Below are positions 50,759 through 63,158 of a stretch of DNA of 64,000 nucleotides, one piece after another. Below the pieces are notes generated by a model that saw only the letters and a list, made by a program, of their open reading frames with translations, was not told where the DNA came from and did no database searches. The stretch is from Podarcis filfolensis (Eukaryota): NCBI GenBank assembly GCA_964270895.1, contig OZ185444.1. The stretch is one strand, 5' to 3'. The translations under genes were made by a program, and so were the position numbers. Each line of letters starts with the position of its first letter. Position 1 is the first letter of the stretch.

Positions 50759-51193
50759 CTGGAAGAAGAAAAGCAAAGCATCTCTTTTTTTCCTCATCTG
50801 AAAGGCCTACTATTGTACTTCAGAATGTTCTTCAAAGCATTATGAACATAATTTTTAAAATTTTATCCAGTTCTCATCTTCCACAGCCCATTAAACTGCA
50901 TCAAATGCAGCTGTTTTTAACCAAATAAAAACCAGCAGGCCAGCAGCACAAGCGAGAAGACTGGCAGAGCAAGCAAGCAAGCAAGCAAGAGGACAGGTAG
51001 GTGACGCAAGTGGGCCTTCCTATATCCTCCCTGTCATTGCTGCCACCACCACCACCCACCTGCCAGCTTCCTTGTTTGTTTGCATGCATGCACAACAGGG
51101 CCAAGGAAGCCCAGGGTCCAAGTGAGTGAGTGGGGTTGAGAGTTGGCAAGGGGATAGGTGGGGTTAGTGAGCAATGCAGACAAGGGCAGCAGC

Positions 51194-51220
51194 TGTGTGT
51201 GTGTGTGTGTGTGTGTGTGT
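51194..51220. repeat. (TG)13 microsatellite
   Basis: Seen directly. Confidence 0.95.
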
Positions 51221-51829
51221 CCTTCCTTTGACAAGTGGGGTCAAACAAATGTTGGCAACAGTGAAGAAAGTGAACCAAACTTCTGTATCAGTCTTCAACA
51301 ACTCCACATTCCAGGTAGTACTGAAGGAAGACAGAATGTGAATTGTCATGTGCTGTTTCAGAGCCCTTCCTCCTTTAATTTAGTGACAAAATAAATGTTT
51401 TTACTCTTACAGTTTTTGGAATCAATGCTACCCACAACCCAATCACCAAGGAAACAGAGAAACCATGCACTTTAGGCAATACACAGGAGTCAAAATGACC
51501 CTGCAAAATTCTGTTAAAAGTTATTAGTTACTTGTTATACCTACAGGTGAGCTTAGCCTAGGACCTGTCCTCTTCATTTTGTGCAAGCAATTGAAATTAC
51601 AAAACATGTCTAATTTAGGCCCATTCATTTTAATTGATAATAGACAAATCACTCACATCCCTTTACATTACCACAAATTGCATTGAGGTCAATAGAATTC
51701 TACAGATTTAAAAACCCTTTACAAACTTGAAGGAGGAGAGGGGTTGTTGTTTTTGAAATAAAGCAAAACTATCTATTTCCCCCTCCCCCCCCCTCCACAC
51801 CCATTCCTATTATTTTGTGCAAAACTCAC

Positions 51830-52263
51830 TGTAATGGCTTTAGGGGTTGCTTGTGCGTAAGTTACCGCCGCTCTGGGCTAGGTTGCCTGGTTAAACCGTT
51901 TCTCGCTGGACAGCCATCCACTCCGTGGCTGTTCAGTCGCTGGCAGAATCCATCAGTGGGCGTTTCTTGAACCTTTTCCAGCAAAGAAGTTCTTTGACGC
52001 CAAGTCGCCGCCTACTTTCCCTGCGCGGAAGTCTTCTGCGCAGGGTGGGTGTGGGCAGCGGAGGACCTGTGCTCTCCTCACTGGTCTCCTGCGAAGAGTC
52101 CTGGAGCCTCCTCTCTGCTTCCCCCATCGGCCCCCCTCTATCCCTGGTGTTGCGCTGATTTTCTTCCCCAGCCGGAGACCTGCCTCTCTCCCTGCTTGGC
52201 CCCTCTCCAGCATTGCTGTGGAGCCTCGCCTCCTTCGCTAGTTCCGATGGCAGTTCCCTGACA
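51830..52263 (-). mobile_element. Solo LTR (434 bp), probably Gypsy-like and young
   Basis: TGT...ACA termini, an exact 5-bp TSD CTCAC at 51825-51829 and 52264-52268, and high GC and CpG content compared with the flanks. The orientation is tentative. Confidence 0.85.
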
Positions 52264-52418
52264 CTCACCAATCCAACCTTTAGGGTCACTGAGACCCCAA
52301 GTGCATCTGCCAGTGTTTACAAGCAACCTATACCCCCACTTCAGCAAGTGGCCAGATTTAATGGCAACTTTCAGTCAATATCTTTGCAAAATGTGTTGTT
52401 AAAGGTTGCTCTCAACAC

Positions 52419-52675
52419 TTCCAGGACACAGTGTCACTGGCCTCCTTCAAAATAATCAATGTAGTCCTCAGATTTTATTATCTGCTTCAATGCTGAACTA
52501 CCAATGTGAGAAACAAGGTTGCCTTGTGCACAGCCTGTATAATAAGTTTACCAATACTCTCCCCAATGCTTTGTGCCGTGTGAGAACATAGCAGTGGGCG
52601 AATTACTAGCACCTTTCAAACGAAGATTCCCAATGAGACAGTATATGCCTTCCAAACTCACTAACTGGAATATAA
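52419..52675 (+). pseudogene. Degraded piggyBac-family transposase fragment
   Basis: FQDTVSLASFKIINVVLRF, then after a frameshift PCENIAVGELLAPFKRRFPMRQYMPSK. These match the piggyBac blocks FRATMSLxRFxxIxxxLRFD and PxxxITVDEQLVPFRGRCPFRQYMPSKP. Confidence 0.7.
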
Positions 52676-52679
52676 TTTT

Positions 52680-52978
52680 GGCTGTGCTGCAATGGGCACA
52701 ACAGGGTCAGAAGAACTACACCCAGTTTATTCACCCAAGTTTCAGCAATACATGCCTGGTTGGCTCCCTCATCCTTGATCAAACCATGAATGAACATAGT
52801 CTTATTATGTACCAACCTGGCATTAAGTAACAGCACCACCTGGTCAGATGGCTTGGCAAGAGAGTAACCAGATAGAGAGAGGGTCATAAGAGGAGATGGC
52901 CTGCAAACATCCATATCCTCTTCTTTACATATGACTTGCCCTCTACCCAGTGCTATATCTCCTACTGACCATAATCAC
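52680..52978 (-). mobile_element. L2/CR1-group LINE ORF2 N-terminus (APE endonuclease) fragment
   Basis: VLLLNARLVHNKTMFIHGLIKDEGANQACIAETW matches the LLNARSVxNKxxxIxDLIxDExADLACITETW motif. Confidence 0.8.
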
Positions 52979-53310
52979 AGGGATATAGAACCCTTATTAT
53001 ATTTTCCTCTGTTCTGTCCACTCAAACATCCTGCATGCTTCCATTTTTCTTATTCTGTTGGCTGATCTCCCCACCTCTTTTAATCCTCAAATTGTTTTTA
53101 AAATATCCTACATATGGACTCTAATTCATAGGGTTAGCTGACGACTCTGTTCAGTGGAGCCACTTCCCTACAAAACTTTACATATGGTAAGAGGCCCATT
53201 GCTGTCCTCTCCCTTTAGCCGTTCCTTGGGTCCATTCGACTAACATGAGGCATGATATTGCAGATGATGAACTGAAACAGTGATTTCCACTCTCACGGTT
53301 TAGTCTCTTA

Positions 53311-53497
53311 AGGGTAATGGACCCAGCTCAATGGTAGAGCATCGGCTCTGCAAGCACAAGGTCCCAGGTTCAATCCCTGGCATCTCCAGGTAGATGTGGG
53401 AATGTCCCGACTGGAAACACTACCAGTCAGTGTAGTCAGTACTGAGCTAGATGGACCAATCATCTGACTCCGTATAAGGCAGCTTCCTATGTTCCTA
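53311..53497 (+). mobile_element. tRNA-derived SINE with CR1-type tail (Squam2-like; family name tentative)
   Basis: A box AGCTCAATGGTAGAG, B box GGTTCAATCCC, body, and tail GGCAGCTTCCTATGTTCCTA. Confidence 0.85.
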
Positions 53498-54814
53498 ATG
53501 CATTTGCCCTATGCACAGTTACCTGGGAATAAGCCTCCCTTAAACAACATGTGGTTATTTCTGGGTAAACATGCATAGGATTGCCCTGTTAGCCTTTAAT
53601 GCTACAGTAGCTCCTATTAATCTTCTGTTGCTGTTTTCACCACACTGCCTCCCCTTCCACCCCCAGAAACAGCATGCCTAATGAGCCACCGCAACTATAA
53701 CAGCAGCAGCTACAGGGTGAAACCACATCGACGATGTATGTCATGTCTTGCTTTAAAGGACCCTGAAGCATTTTTAAAAAAACCACACCAAACGAACTGT
53801 ATACTGTACACTGGTACAAGTGTGACTTTATCACCCATTACAGAACCACTGCAGAGAGGGACAGAGCTATTCTTTTACAGCTCACAGCTACACTGTGCAA
53901 ACACTTTAGGACATATAAATTGTGCCTACCTGGGGAGATTTAGAGAGGGACACGTTAAGCTCTTAGGCAGGTCTTTGGCTGTTTAAAAAGGTTTATTTCC
54001 ACATTTTCCCCATAAAGAGCCCTCTGCTATTTTAAAAGCACACAAAGCAATCAAGAAAGGAGATCAGAACAAAATGTCCAAAACATTTTGCTTCAGTAAA
54101 ATGCTGATATGTGAACATATAGCAGAAACTCTTTTATCAAATACTGAGTTGCAAAAGCTGTTGGGTATCCAGGATACTAATGTTTATTATATGCATTGAA
54201 CTTCCAATTATCTGTACCTCCGGCTGTCTGAGGGTTCCTCCAGATGACCTGTTTATTGAGCATTCATCCTGATTTGCTTGCACAAAGCTTACACAAAGGT
54301 TAAACTATGTCCAGTCTTTATTGAACATTTGTTATGATGAGGTCACATGACAATTAACATTCATTTTGAATTCATTCTGATTTGTCTCCACTGTCATTCT
54401 ATATATTTCCATTAATATTTCATTTATCCCACACACTTTAGTGCATTTTCCTCATTGCAAAAAAGTAATTTTATTAAAAAGTAGATTTGTTGCACCATTG
54501 CATCAGAGCACTTTAATTGCACAAACCTAAATCTCTGGTATGCACTTAAATCTCTCTTACAAAATATTGACAGTGATTTGTATGTTTGTAAGCCCTTGAA
54601 AAGATAATGACTTGAATGCTAAGCATGTATATTTGAGGACAGTATTCCATATTTAGGACACAATGGAAAAGGTGCTGTCTCTGACAGCCAACCCACCTAG
54701 CTTCTGAAAGTAGGGAACCCTGAGAAGGGCTTCAGCTGCAATCAGGAAACAGTATTTCATGGAAGAGGTTACCACATTTTTTAAAAAAAAAAACAGTGGT
54801 GATGCCAAAGAATA

Positions 54815-54862
54815 AACCTGGGACCTTCTGAATGCAAAGTGTGTGTTCTATTACTGAGTTTT
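54815..54862 (-). mobile_element. tRNA-derived SINE head fragment
   Basis: AACCTGGGACCTTCTGAATGCAAAG...TTCTATTACTGAG. Confidence 0.5.
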
Positions 54863-55339
54863 GATCTGATACTCGGATCCCAGGCCTTTTAGGAGTACAC
54901 ACACACACACACCAACATTAGATGGCCTACATGGATCATCATCTCAGTTTCAGATGGTGCAATTAACTCAGGCTTGACAAGTACATTGATTATTGCACCA
55001 ACTTGGGAGTCTTAGAAGAAGAACATGCTTAATAGGACAAAACTAATAGTTTCAGTCTTGCAATTCACAGTACCAAGCACCTGATATTTCTTTGAGTGTT
55101 ACCTGTTTCCAGAACGAACAGAAATCGGACATTAATGATTCTGTAATACTCACTCTGCTTTTCCATGCGGGATCAGATTATACAATGGATCCTTATTAAA
55201 CATCACATTAGCAAATATCTTACTAGGTAGTATGGTGCACATTAAACTTTGGCCCAAAGGAGGTGGTAGTATCAAGAGTGCCTCCCTGTGACTCACGTGC
55301 AACGTATTTTAAAGATAAAATTGCTTACATCTGCTTGGC

Positions 55340-55990
55340 CCTTGACTCGACTATTAGATGAGTCCCAAGAGGAGTCCAAAACACTGTCCAGTCCTGTGTT
55401 GGATGAGTTAATAAGGCTGTGGACAAAGTGCTTGGTTTGGTGTGGGACACCACCTATATTCTTGCCCCTCATGGAGAATAAAAAGTAAGAGGAAGGGACA
55501 ACTGGCTGGGCTAGGGAGGTGATTACTGCCGCCTTGAGAAAGTGGTCCCTGCCTGCTAAAAGGAAGCAGTGGTAGGTCTTAGGAAACCCTTCCTGGATTC
55601 AGAAAACCTAAGTAATTACTACCAGACAGTAATTTCCTCTTCTTGGGCAAGGTCCTTGAGTGGCTGCAGGACAGAACCAGGCTCTCTTGGATGACCTGCA
55701 TGGCCTCTGTAGGGAGAGACAGGGAGAGTGTGTCCCCATTAATTCTCTTTGAATTCTCAGAAGCTTTTGATACCATAGACCATGGTATTCTTCTGGAGCA
55801 GCTGACTGAGTTCAGAGTGGGCAGCTCTACCTGCGATGGTTCCAGTCCTACTTGGATGATTATTTTCAGAGGGTGGTGTTGGGGGAATATTGTTTGGTCC
55901 CGTGCAGCCTTTAGTGCAGAGTTCACCAAGGTTCAAGGTTCACTTCTATATGAAACCACTGACTGGGATTATCCAGAATTTTGCAGTATG
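55340..55990 (+). mobile_element. L2-type LINE reverse transcriptase fragment
   Basis: Degraded ...KPFLDSENLSNY...FLGKVLE...SPLILFEFSEAFDTIDHGILLEQL... sequence. Confidence 0.8.
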
Positions 55991-56869
55991 ATAGCTATTT
56001 CTGTCCGAGGACCATCAACAGAACAAATTTCCCTAATCCAAAAAACCAAACCAGCATGTAGGCAGTTGTACACACTGGGATGCAATGTGGTGCAGGGCAG
56101 GCTGAATTTTGGCTAGAGTCTGCTGCATATAGGATACACAGGGGATGCACATGAGTTTCCACATTATTAGATGTGGTCCATTGTTCTCTGCCTACTGCTG
56201 GTGCAGTAATTCTTATTTCTGCATTTAGATTGTGCCCATCCAGCAACAGCCCAAGCAAGCGGATTAGACTGAAAGTAAAGCTTTTTTGTAAAATAGTAAA
56301 CCTAGCAAAAATAAAATAAAACCAACCACTGCATATATCTCATGTGGTACTAGACCTCAGTCTACCAGAATCTAAGCCCCTTGGGCTGAAAGTCCAAATT
56401 GTAATACTTTTGCCCCACCAGATGGAGCTGTTGTCCACACCAAAACAGCCGGGTTGTTCACGTGCAATGTGTAAAGGGTAAGAATGCAGACAAGATGATT
56501 AGTTGTTTTTCAGTTCAACAGGGCTGAATTGGAGTTAAGCCTGACACACAGAGACAAAACCAAAGCATGGAGGTTGCATCAAGTGCTGCTTTGCAGAGCA
56601 TGCTCCACTGTACAAGACGTTTGTAAATTCTTGCAGTGTAGATGTATAGATTTTTCGCAGCACCATTGGTAACCATTGCCCAAAAGCAAGCCATTGAAAT
56701 GGGAGCAGTGGAAACTCCTTGTATCCACCTGGCAAATACATAAATGCAAACAGATTGCCACAATGGAGTACTCTCCATGCAGTTGCATTCTGAGTGGCAA
56801 GCACACTGCTTATTCAGGTTCCATTCATCTACACATATACATGCCCTAGAGAGATAACAACATAATTAA

Positions 56870-57370
56870 TCACCCTGCTAGATCAGACCAATAGCCCATC
56901 TAGACCAGCTTCCTGCTCTCATAGTGGCCTAACAGATGCCTAGAAGCAGGACCTTAGTGTAACAGCACTTGCCTCCTGTGGGTTCCAGGAATTGGTTTTC
57001 AGAAGCATACTGCCATGGACCATGCAGGCAGAGCATAGCCCTCCTGGCTAATTGCCATTTATAGCCTTATCCTCCATGAATATGTCTAAATAAAGTCTAA
57101 CCCTCATTTCAAGCCATCCACGTTGCTGGCCATCACTGCCCACCTCCAGTGGGATTGAATTCTATAGGTTAACTATGTGCTGTGTCTTCCTACATTCAGC
57201 TTCAATGGATGGCTTTGAGTTCTAGTGTTATGAGAGGGAGAAAAATTGTTCTCTGTCCACTTTCTCTGAAACATGCATAATTTTATATGCTTCTATCATG
57301 TTGCCTCTTACTCGCCTTTTCACTAAACTAAAAAGTCCCAAGTGTTGTAATTTTTGCTCATAGAGATGTG
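56870..57370 (-). mobile_element. CR1 LINE 3' fragment
   Basis: The - strand gives GLFSLVKRRVRGNMIEAYKIMHVSEKVDREQFFSLSHNTRT, the CR1 ORF2 C-terminus, followed by a CR1-type 3' UTR. Confidence 0.85.
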
Positions 57371-58839
57371 CACTGCTGCCATACATGTGCCTCCTGAGCA
57401 GGTTCTTTCTTCTGATTTTTTAAAAAAACGTATCAGGATATTGAGCAAGGCCACTAAATTCCATGTGCATAAATTTAGAAGAATAAAGGCACTGCAAAGA
57501 GGGACACCTCCTATCCCAGCCAGGATGTCTGGTCATTTCATGTGAGAGCAGCTGTAGCAATATCTGTTACCCGAGGCATCCGGTTACTAACAACTGCACC
57601 ATGCATGTACTAACAGATATTGCCACAAGCAAGTGGAAGGGATCTGGTTATGAGAGTATCATAGCAGCAGCAGGTGTCTCATGTTAGCTCAGGAAGGTAG
57701 TGTTACTCCAGACAATGGATGTAGCAAGAACACACTGAGAGGCTACACTGTGCATCCTTTCACTAAGGGAACAAGGCTAGCGATTTGAACCAACAGGTTG
57801 CCAATTATTTCCTTGTGGCCTTTGGCAAAACATCATTTGGGGGGGGGGGAGACTGATGCTGAAAATAAAGCATGCCTGGAAGACACGCTCTTGGACACAA
57901 AGACTCAGTTTCCCTTGTTCTCAGATTCAAGTGCTCCCACGGTCCCTATTCACCAGGTATAATACCTATTTTCTGCTGCCAAATCACTGCCCTTGTTTGC
58001 CCTGTGTTGCCTTTCAGAGTGGCCTTTAAAAGTATTGTTAGCGGGCAGCATTGCAATTCTTCAAGCGTTAGCATCTTTCCCAGTGTATCTAGATGTGGCA
58101 ACAGAGGCATCTTGACTCTAACCACGCCTGCATGTAAATGAGCACAGACAGCAATGTGTCTTGTAAACTACAGGGTGTCGAGGACAACTGTATTTTTGAA
58201 CTGTTAAGCAGGATAGGTTGCAGGAAAAGGAAAATCCAGGTTCACATCCCTCTCCAGCTATGAAACTATGAAATGGGTAGCCCTGGACCAGTCACCATAT
58301 TATAATAGTGTTAGCTGGGATCTTGGAGGCCATGTACCCCAAACCCCTGCTCTGTGCAGGTTCTGAAATGGAAGATGCAAGTCAGAGCCAGCCACCTATA
58401 AGGCAACAACCTAGGGCAGCAGGATCCACAGGGGTCTCCAAGGAACGCATCACCTGCACTGCAGCAGCAGTAGCAACAATAGCTGCAGCACAATCCTTGG
58501 AGGCCAGATCTGATGCCTCCTCAGCAGCACTCCCACACCACCTCTACAGTGGCCTCTCGGCGAATAGGAGGCTCTGCTGGTCTCCTCCCACCCCTAGGAA
58601 GGAAACCTTGGGGATGTCCTCTGGGTCTTCGGGGTTCTGCACCCACTTAGTATAATTCAGAGCAGACCCCTTTTCCTCCCACGACTGCCTTTGATTCCCA
58701 CTTCAAAAGTCTGCTAATGTTGATTTACTTCCCCCCTTGTTCCAGGTGTAGATCTTCACTCACCCCTTTTTCCCTGGCCAAGGTGTGTGTGCCATTTTGA
58801 GGTTCCTCTCAGGTGCCAAAATGTCTTAGGCCAGCCCTG

Positions 58840-59116
58840 ATGCAAGTACACGGACACTGACAGATGGCCAGTCAACCTCTGCTTAAACACCCCCAGTGAA
58901 GGACAGTCCACTGCTACATGACACAATTTGTTCCAAAGTCATATAGGGGTTTATCTTGCTTCCCTGCAATTTCCAGCATCTACCTATCAGTTCTAGTCCT
59001 GGCCTCTGAAGCAACAGAGAACAAGCCTGCTCCATCTTCCACATGACAGTCCTTCAGATATTTGAAGAGAGTATCTATCCTGTCTCCCCTAATTCTTCCA
59101 CGCTCTGGGCTAAACA
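58840..59116 (-). mobile_element. CR1 LINE ORF2 C-terminal fragment
   Basis: FSPERGRIRGDRIDTLFKYLKDCHVEDGAGLFSVASEARTR is the CR1 C-terminal motif. Confidence 0.85.
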
Positions 59117-59181
59117 GGACACAGTACACCAAACTATCGGCCTGACCATCTACTAAACTGGACACAGTACACCAGACTATC
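59111..59181. repeat. 28-bp direct repeat (period 43) at the CR1 truncation junction
   Basis: TAAACAGGACACAGTACACCAAACTATC versus TAAACTGGACACAGTACACCAGACTATC. Confidence 0.8.
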
Positions 59182-60641
59182 AGTGCATCTCCCTTCACAG
59201 AGGTTTACACTTTACAGCTAACTTTACAGGGTTATTTCTAGGGTAAATTACGGAACAACCTCTTACGCTGCCCAGGATAGTAGGATAGAAATATAACAAC
59301 AACAGGCAAGTATCTCTTCCACACCCACCCATATATCTGCTACTGCAGACTAAATAAAGACAGAAGTAGAAGGAACACCTTCAACAATGTGAAAAGGCCT
59401 TCAAGCACTGACCTTTGGAGGGCAAAGCGGGATGTTACACATATACAGAGTGTCTTTATTTTTGTCTGTGAGATGACAGAAGGTATGCAGCTGTGTAGAG
59501 CGAAGATTAACATATAAAGTGCTGCTCTGAACAGAGGTACACTCATCCTGGCGCTCTGAAATGGCTATGCTAACATAGCCTTGGCTTTGGATTGAGGGAG
59601 GAGCCACAAGTGTGGCTCTCATTTGTTCTCATTCCTCGCATTAGGGGGACCCACCTGTCTGGTGTTTTATTGTGGGTGTATTCTGCAACAATAGTGCATT
59701 AGTGCTGGATTTATTCTGCTTTCTTTTAATTGAGGGGCTATAGAACAACAAAAGTGGGACAAAAACTCCCCAGAACATTTGTGGTTTGAAAAGTTATGAG
59801 GTTTCAGCAGGATGTTACAGGATATGCACTGACTGGGAATGAAGCAGTATTGACCGCCCCAAAACAATTGAAACTTCAAACAGTATTAAAAGTGGAATTG
59901 TGTATGACTGCACTGATAGCAACATCAGCACAAATAAACATGAATATGCAATAAAAAGAACATCTAGAGTAGCCCTAGGTAGGGATGTGAAAGCCCAACC
60001 ACTGGTTGGATCAAGATAAGTGTGTTTGTCAGCCCACACAATTTCCTGCGCACTACAGAGGGGGATGAGAAGGAGTCCTAATGTTTGAAACAGGCTCTGG
60101 GGCCAAGCAATAGTCAGCCCTGAATCAAAATGAAGCCTGACATTTGGGGGACATTTACACATTTCAAAAGTGATCTCAGATTAGTCTGAAGGGGAAGGCA
60201 AGGATTCCTGAGACTGGTTTTGTAATAAGTAAAATCAACAAACACGCAGCAAAGTAGTGACTGGGTTTTAGGTTGGCTCCTAATTTTTCCAGGGAGACCG
60301 CAACCATCTGCTGCTAGACTCTCTAGATCAATGTACATCATGTTTGCTGGTTTTATGCATCCTGAAATCAACCCCAAAAGCCATGTGGTAAGTCAATATA
60401 AGGAAACTTTTATCAGTTTGTAAATTGATATCCTTTGGAGTTCAATATTTGCAAAAGATTAAGTAGCAGGGTTTGACAATGACAGGAGGAGTTGTTGAGA
60501 GGAAAGGAATGGTTATTATACTTCCTGTGCATTTGCTGAATGATCACTCCAAGTACATTCATTCTGATTTCAGTCGTCCTAAGCTACACTGAGGGGCAAT
60601 GGAGGAGGAATGTCTCCGAGATATGCATCCGGAGGACTCAC

Positions 60642-60737
60642 CTGTTAGAAAGTTTTTCAGTTCCAACATAGAGAGCACTCCTCATAAGACCAGCCCGAGT
60701 TCCCATAAAGGCCATATCCACCCCTCCTTCAGCCTCA
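60642..60737 (-). CDS. CACNA2D4: CACNA2D4 internal exon (approx. exon 24): [31 protein letters not shown](R)
   Basis: AACAG|TGAGGCTG...TCTAACAG|GTGAGT. It is 96 nt, phase 2 to 2, in frame with both neighbouring exons, and matches [23 protein letters not shown]. Confidence 0.95.
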
Positions 60738-60829
60738 CTGTTGGATGCAGTTGCGCAGAAAGAGAGAGACAAAGATATATAGCATTAGGTTTCTGCAGAA
60801 CCAGTTCAATATACTTTGCACCAAACAAC

Positions 60830-61020
60830 CTGAGGTTAGTGGGGCATAGAATACAGGCTTTGCATACAAAAGACCCTAGGTTCAGTTCCCACCATCTCCA
60901 GGAAGAGCTGGGAAAGGCTGTTCTCTGAAGGCCTGAAGAGTAGCTGCCAGTTAGTGCAGACAATACTGTGCTGGATGGACTCATCTGACTCTGCATAAGG
61001 CAGTTTCCAATGTTCCTATG
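60830..61020 (+). mobile_element. tRNA-derived SINE, same family
   Basis: Degenerate head, GGTTCAGTTCCC, and tail AAGGCAGTTTCCAATGTTCCTATG. Confidence 0.8.
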
Positions 61021-61184
61021 TGATAACCGCACACATGTCACCACCATCACCACTTTCCAGTGTTACAGAGGGTGATGGGATTCTATTCTTGGCCTGCGGA
61101 ACTGCAACCTTCATATTTTTTTCTGTAAAAAAATCATTCCCTATAAGGAAAGCTAACTCTCCACCCCCATCATTCAGCCTGTTC

Positions 61185-61462
61185 ACTGAGGTCTAGCTCC
61201 AAAGGCCTGCTGGCAGTTTCCTCACTGCAAGAAGTGAAGTTACAGAGAACCAGGCAGAGGGCCTTCTCAGTTGCGGCACCCGCCCTGTGGAATGTCCTCC
61301 CATCAAATATCAAACAGATAAATAACTACATAATTTTCTGAAGACATCTGAAGGCAGCCCTGTATCAGGAAGTTTCTAATGTTTGATGTTTTGCTGTGCT
61401 TTTATTATGCTGGAAACTGCCCAGGGTGGCTGGGGCAACCCAGTCAGATAGGTGGGGTATAA

Positions 61463-61498
<36 letters not shown>

Positions 61499-61504
61499 AA
61501 TAAT
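61185..61504 (+). mobile_element. L2-type LINE 3' end with (GAT)12 tail
   Basis: Contains AGACATCTGAAGGCAGCCCTG...CCCAGGGTGGCTGGGGCAACCCAGTCAGATAGGTGGGGTAT followed by a simple-repeat tail. The same 3' end recurs at 44993 and 14176. Confidence 0.8.
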
Positions 61505-61604
61505 GGGCCCCACATAGAGCACATTAAAGTAGTCTAGCCTGGATTCAGCAACAACATGTTTAGAGGTGGCAAAACCTGCCTTAAATTATGAAGCATGCAC
61601 TTAC

Positions 61605-61698
61605 TCAGACAGGTTGAGTGCTAATGTTGTCCAGTAGGCTTCCATGGGTGCTGTTACTACAGCATCAAACAGCACCTCTTGAACTAATTCTTCATCAC
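61605..61698 (-). CDS. CACNA2D4: CACNA2D4 internal exon (approx. human exon 23): (C)[30 protein letters not shown](D)
   Basis: Read by hand on the - strand: CCCAG|GTGATGAAG...CTGTCTGA|GTAAGT. It is 94 nt, phase 1 to 2, and nearly identical to the remembered alpha2delta-4 sequence. Confidence 0.95.
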
Positions 61699-62279
61699 CT
61701 GGGCATGAGAATGAAGAGAGAGAAAGGAGAAAGACGAAGTGCAAAGACTAAGTAAGGTTTTATGACGCTTTGAATGCCTTCTTTTGTTATATGTGTGTAC
61801 ATTTATCGACCCTAATGCATGGTTTGCATGCATGGTCTTTTCCTAATTTTATGCTAGGAACTAGGAATCTGTATTTATTCACCATTTGTAGAATTTGGTA
61901 CAAAGCGCCCGCAAACTATCTCATATATTAACATTTCCCAAATAGAAAAATCTCTATATTTCATATCAATGTTAATACCCTAAACAAATTTGCTAAGAAG
62001 GAGCACTGATTTCTTTAAGAAGATCTGCATCCAGATAAATATGTTTTGACCATCAGCCTTAATTAAAATTTTTATTTAAGAATCTATATTTTTTAAACCT
62101 GCAGTCTCTAGATACTGCTAAAATGCAAGTTTTTTTCTGGAGTAGAATAGCAAGTTGCAGAGTGTCTTCACCTCTCAGCAAGAGTGCTAATGCTCAGGAT
62201 TCCTGCCAGTCAGCTATGCCTTCCAAGGAGCTCAAGAAGGGCATTCCACCCCTGCCCACGCCTCATTTTTCCATTTTTC

Positions 62280-62793
62280 TTTTCTGATATTCAATATTTG
62301 GGATAGAAGGATCTGTCAGTTTCAGTTCTTTCCATTTCTCAATTTTCTAGTCTTAAGTTTAGTTACCTCTTTCTTTTTAAAATCTTTTTCAGTTGAAGTA
62401 AGTCACACAAAACAATGCCATAAAAATAATTCAAATACAAAAAGTAGTGCAGTACAGCTAAAAGAGACTTATTTAGCTCTCCACATTTTGCAGCAATTTT
62501 TACAATCATCATGAAAATTCACCAGCATTTTAATGAAAAATTCTCCTTAAAACACATTTTATATGCAGTTTTGATTAATGTACACATTTTTGCAAACAAT
62601 CTCCACTAATATAATGCATTTTATATTTTATTTTCACTAATACATTCATTTTTAATGCACACTGTCTCCCAATATATGCATGTTTAAAAACTGCAAGATT
62701 CAGTTAGCATATTGATTAAGAAAGTATAAATTTGATAGATTTGGCTTTAGAATTCTAATTTAGAATTTCACACCATTTAAAGAGTACCATATT
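62280..62793. repeat. AT-rich interspersed repeat (probable DNA-transposon derivative)
   Basis: 62570-62660 is similar to the reverse complement of 63895-63985. A related segment lies at about 15420-15605. Confidence 0.55.
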
Positions 62794-62973
62794 GGATATC
62801 CCTGTCTGGCTCAAACAAATAGGTGGCTTAACTCAGAGTAACTTTCTTCTTGCTAATGAGGCATATTTACCTCCCAAGTCCTACTTCATTCAAGCCTCTG
62901 GAGAGAGGTTTGCTCTCCAGAACATCCTTGCCTAGAAAAGGCAGGCTACTGGGCTGATAGGTTGAAGCTAGAT

Positions 62974-63158
62974 GAAGAAATCATAACTTAGTGGTACAGG
63001 TTCTGTCTTCCATACAGAGGGTTCTGCATTCAATCCCTGGCATCTCCAAGTAGGTCTACCTGAGACCCTGGAAACCCACTGCCAGTGAGCACACACAGTA
63101 CTGAGTTAGATGGACCATTGGGCTGACTCAGTATGAGGCAGCTTCCTATGTTCCTATG
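62974..63158 (+). mobile_element. tRNA-derived SINE, same family
   Basis: TTCAATCCCTGGCATCTCC...GAGGCAGCTTCCTATGTTCCTATG. Confidence 0.8.

Noticed and set aside
53311-53390. tRNA gene (also the other tRNA-like heads)
   Set aside because: The cloverleaf is degenerate and continues into a shared SINE body and CR1-type tail, so these are SINEs.
58308-58655. 115-aa Ala/Ser-rich + strand ORF
   Set aside because: GTG start, low complexity, no splice or domain support. Probably decayed repeat sequence.
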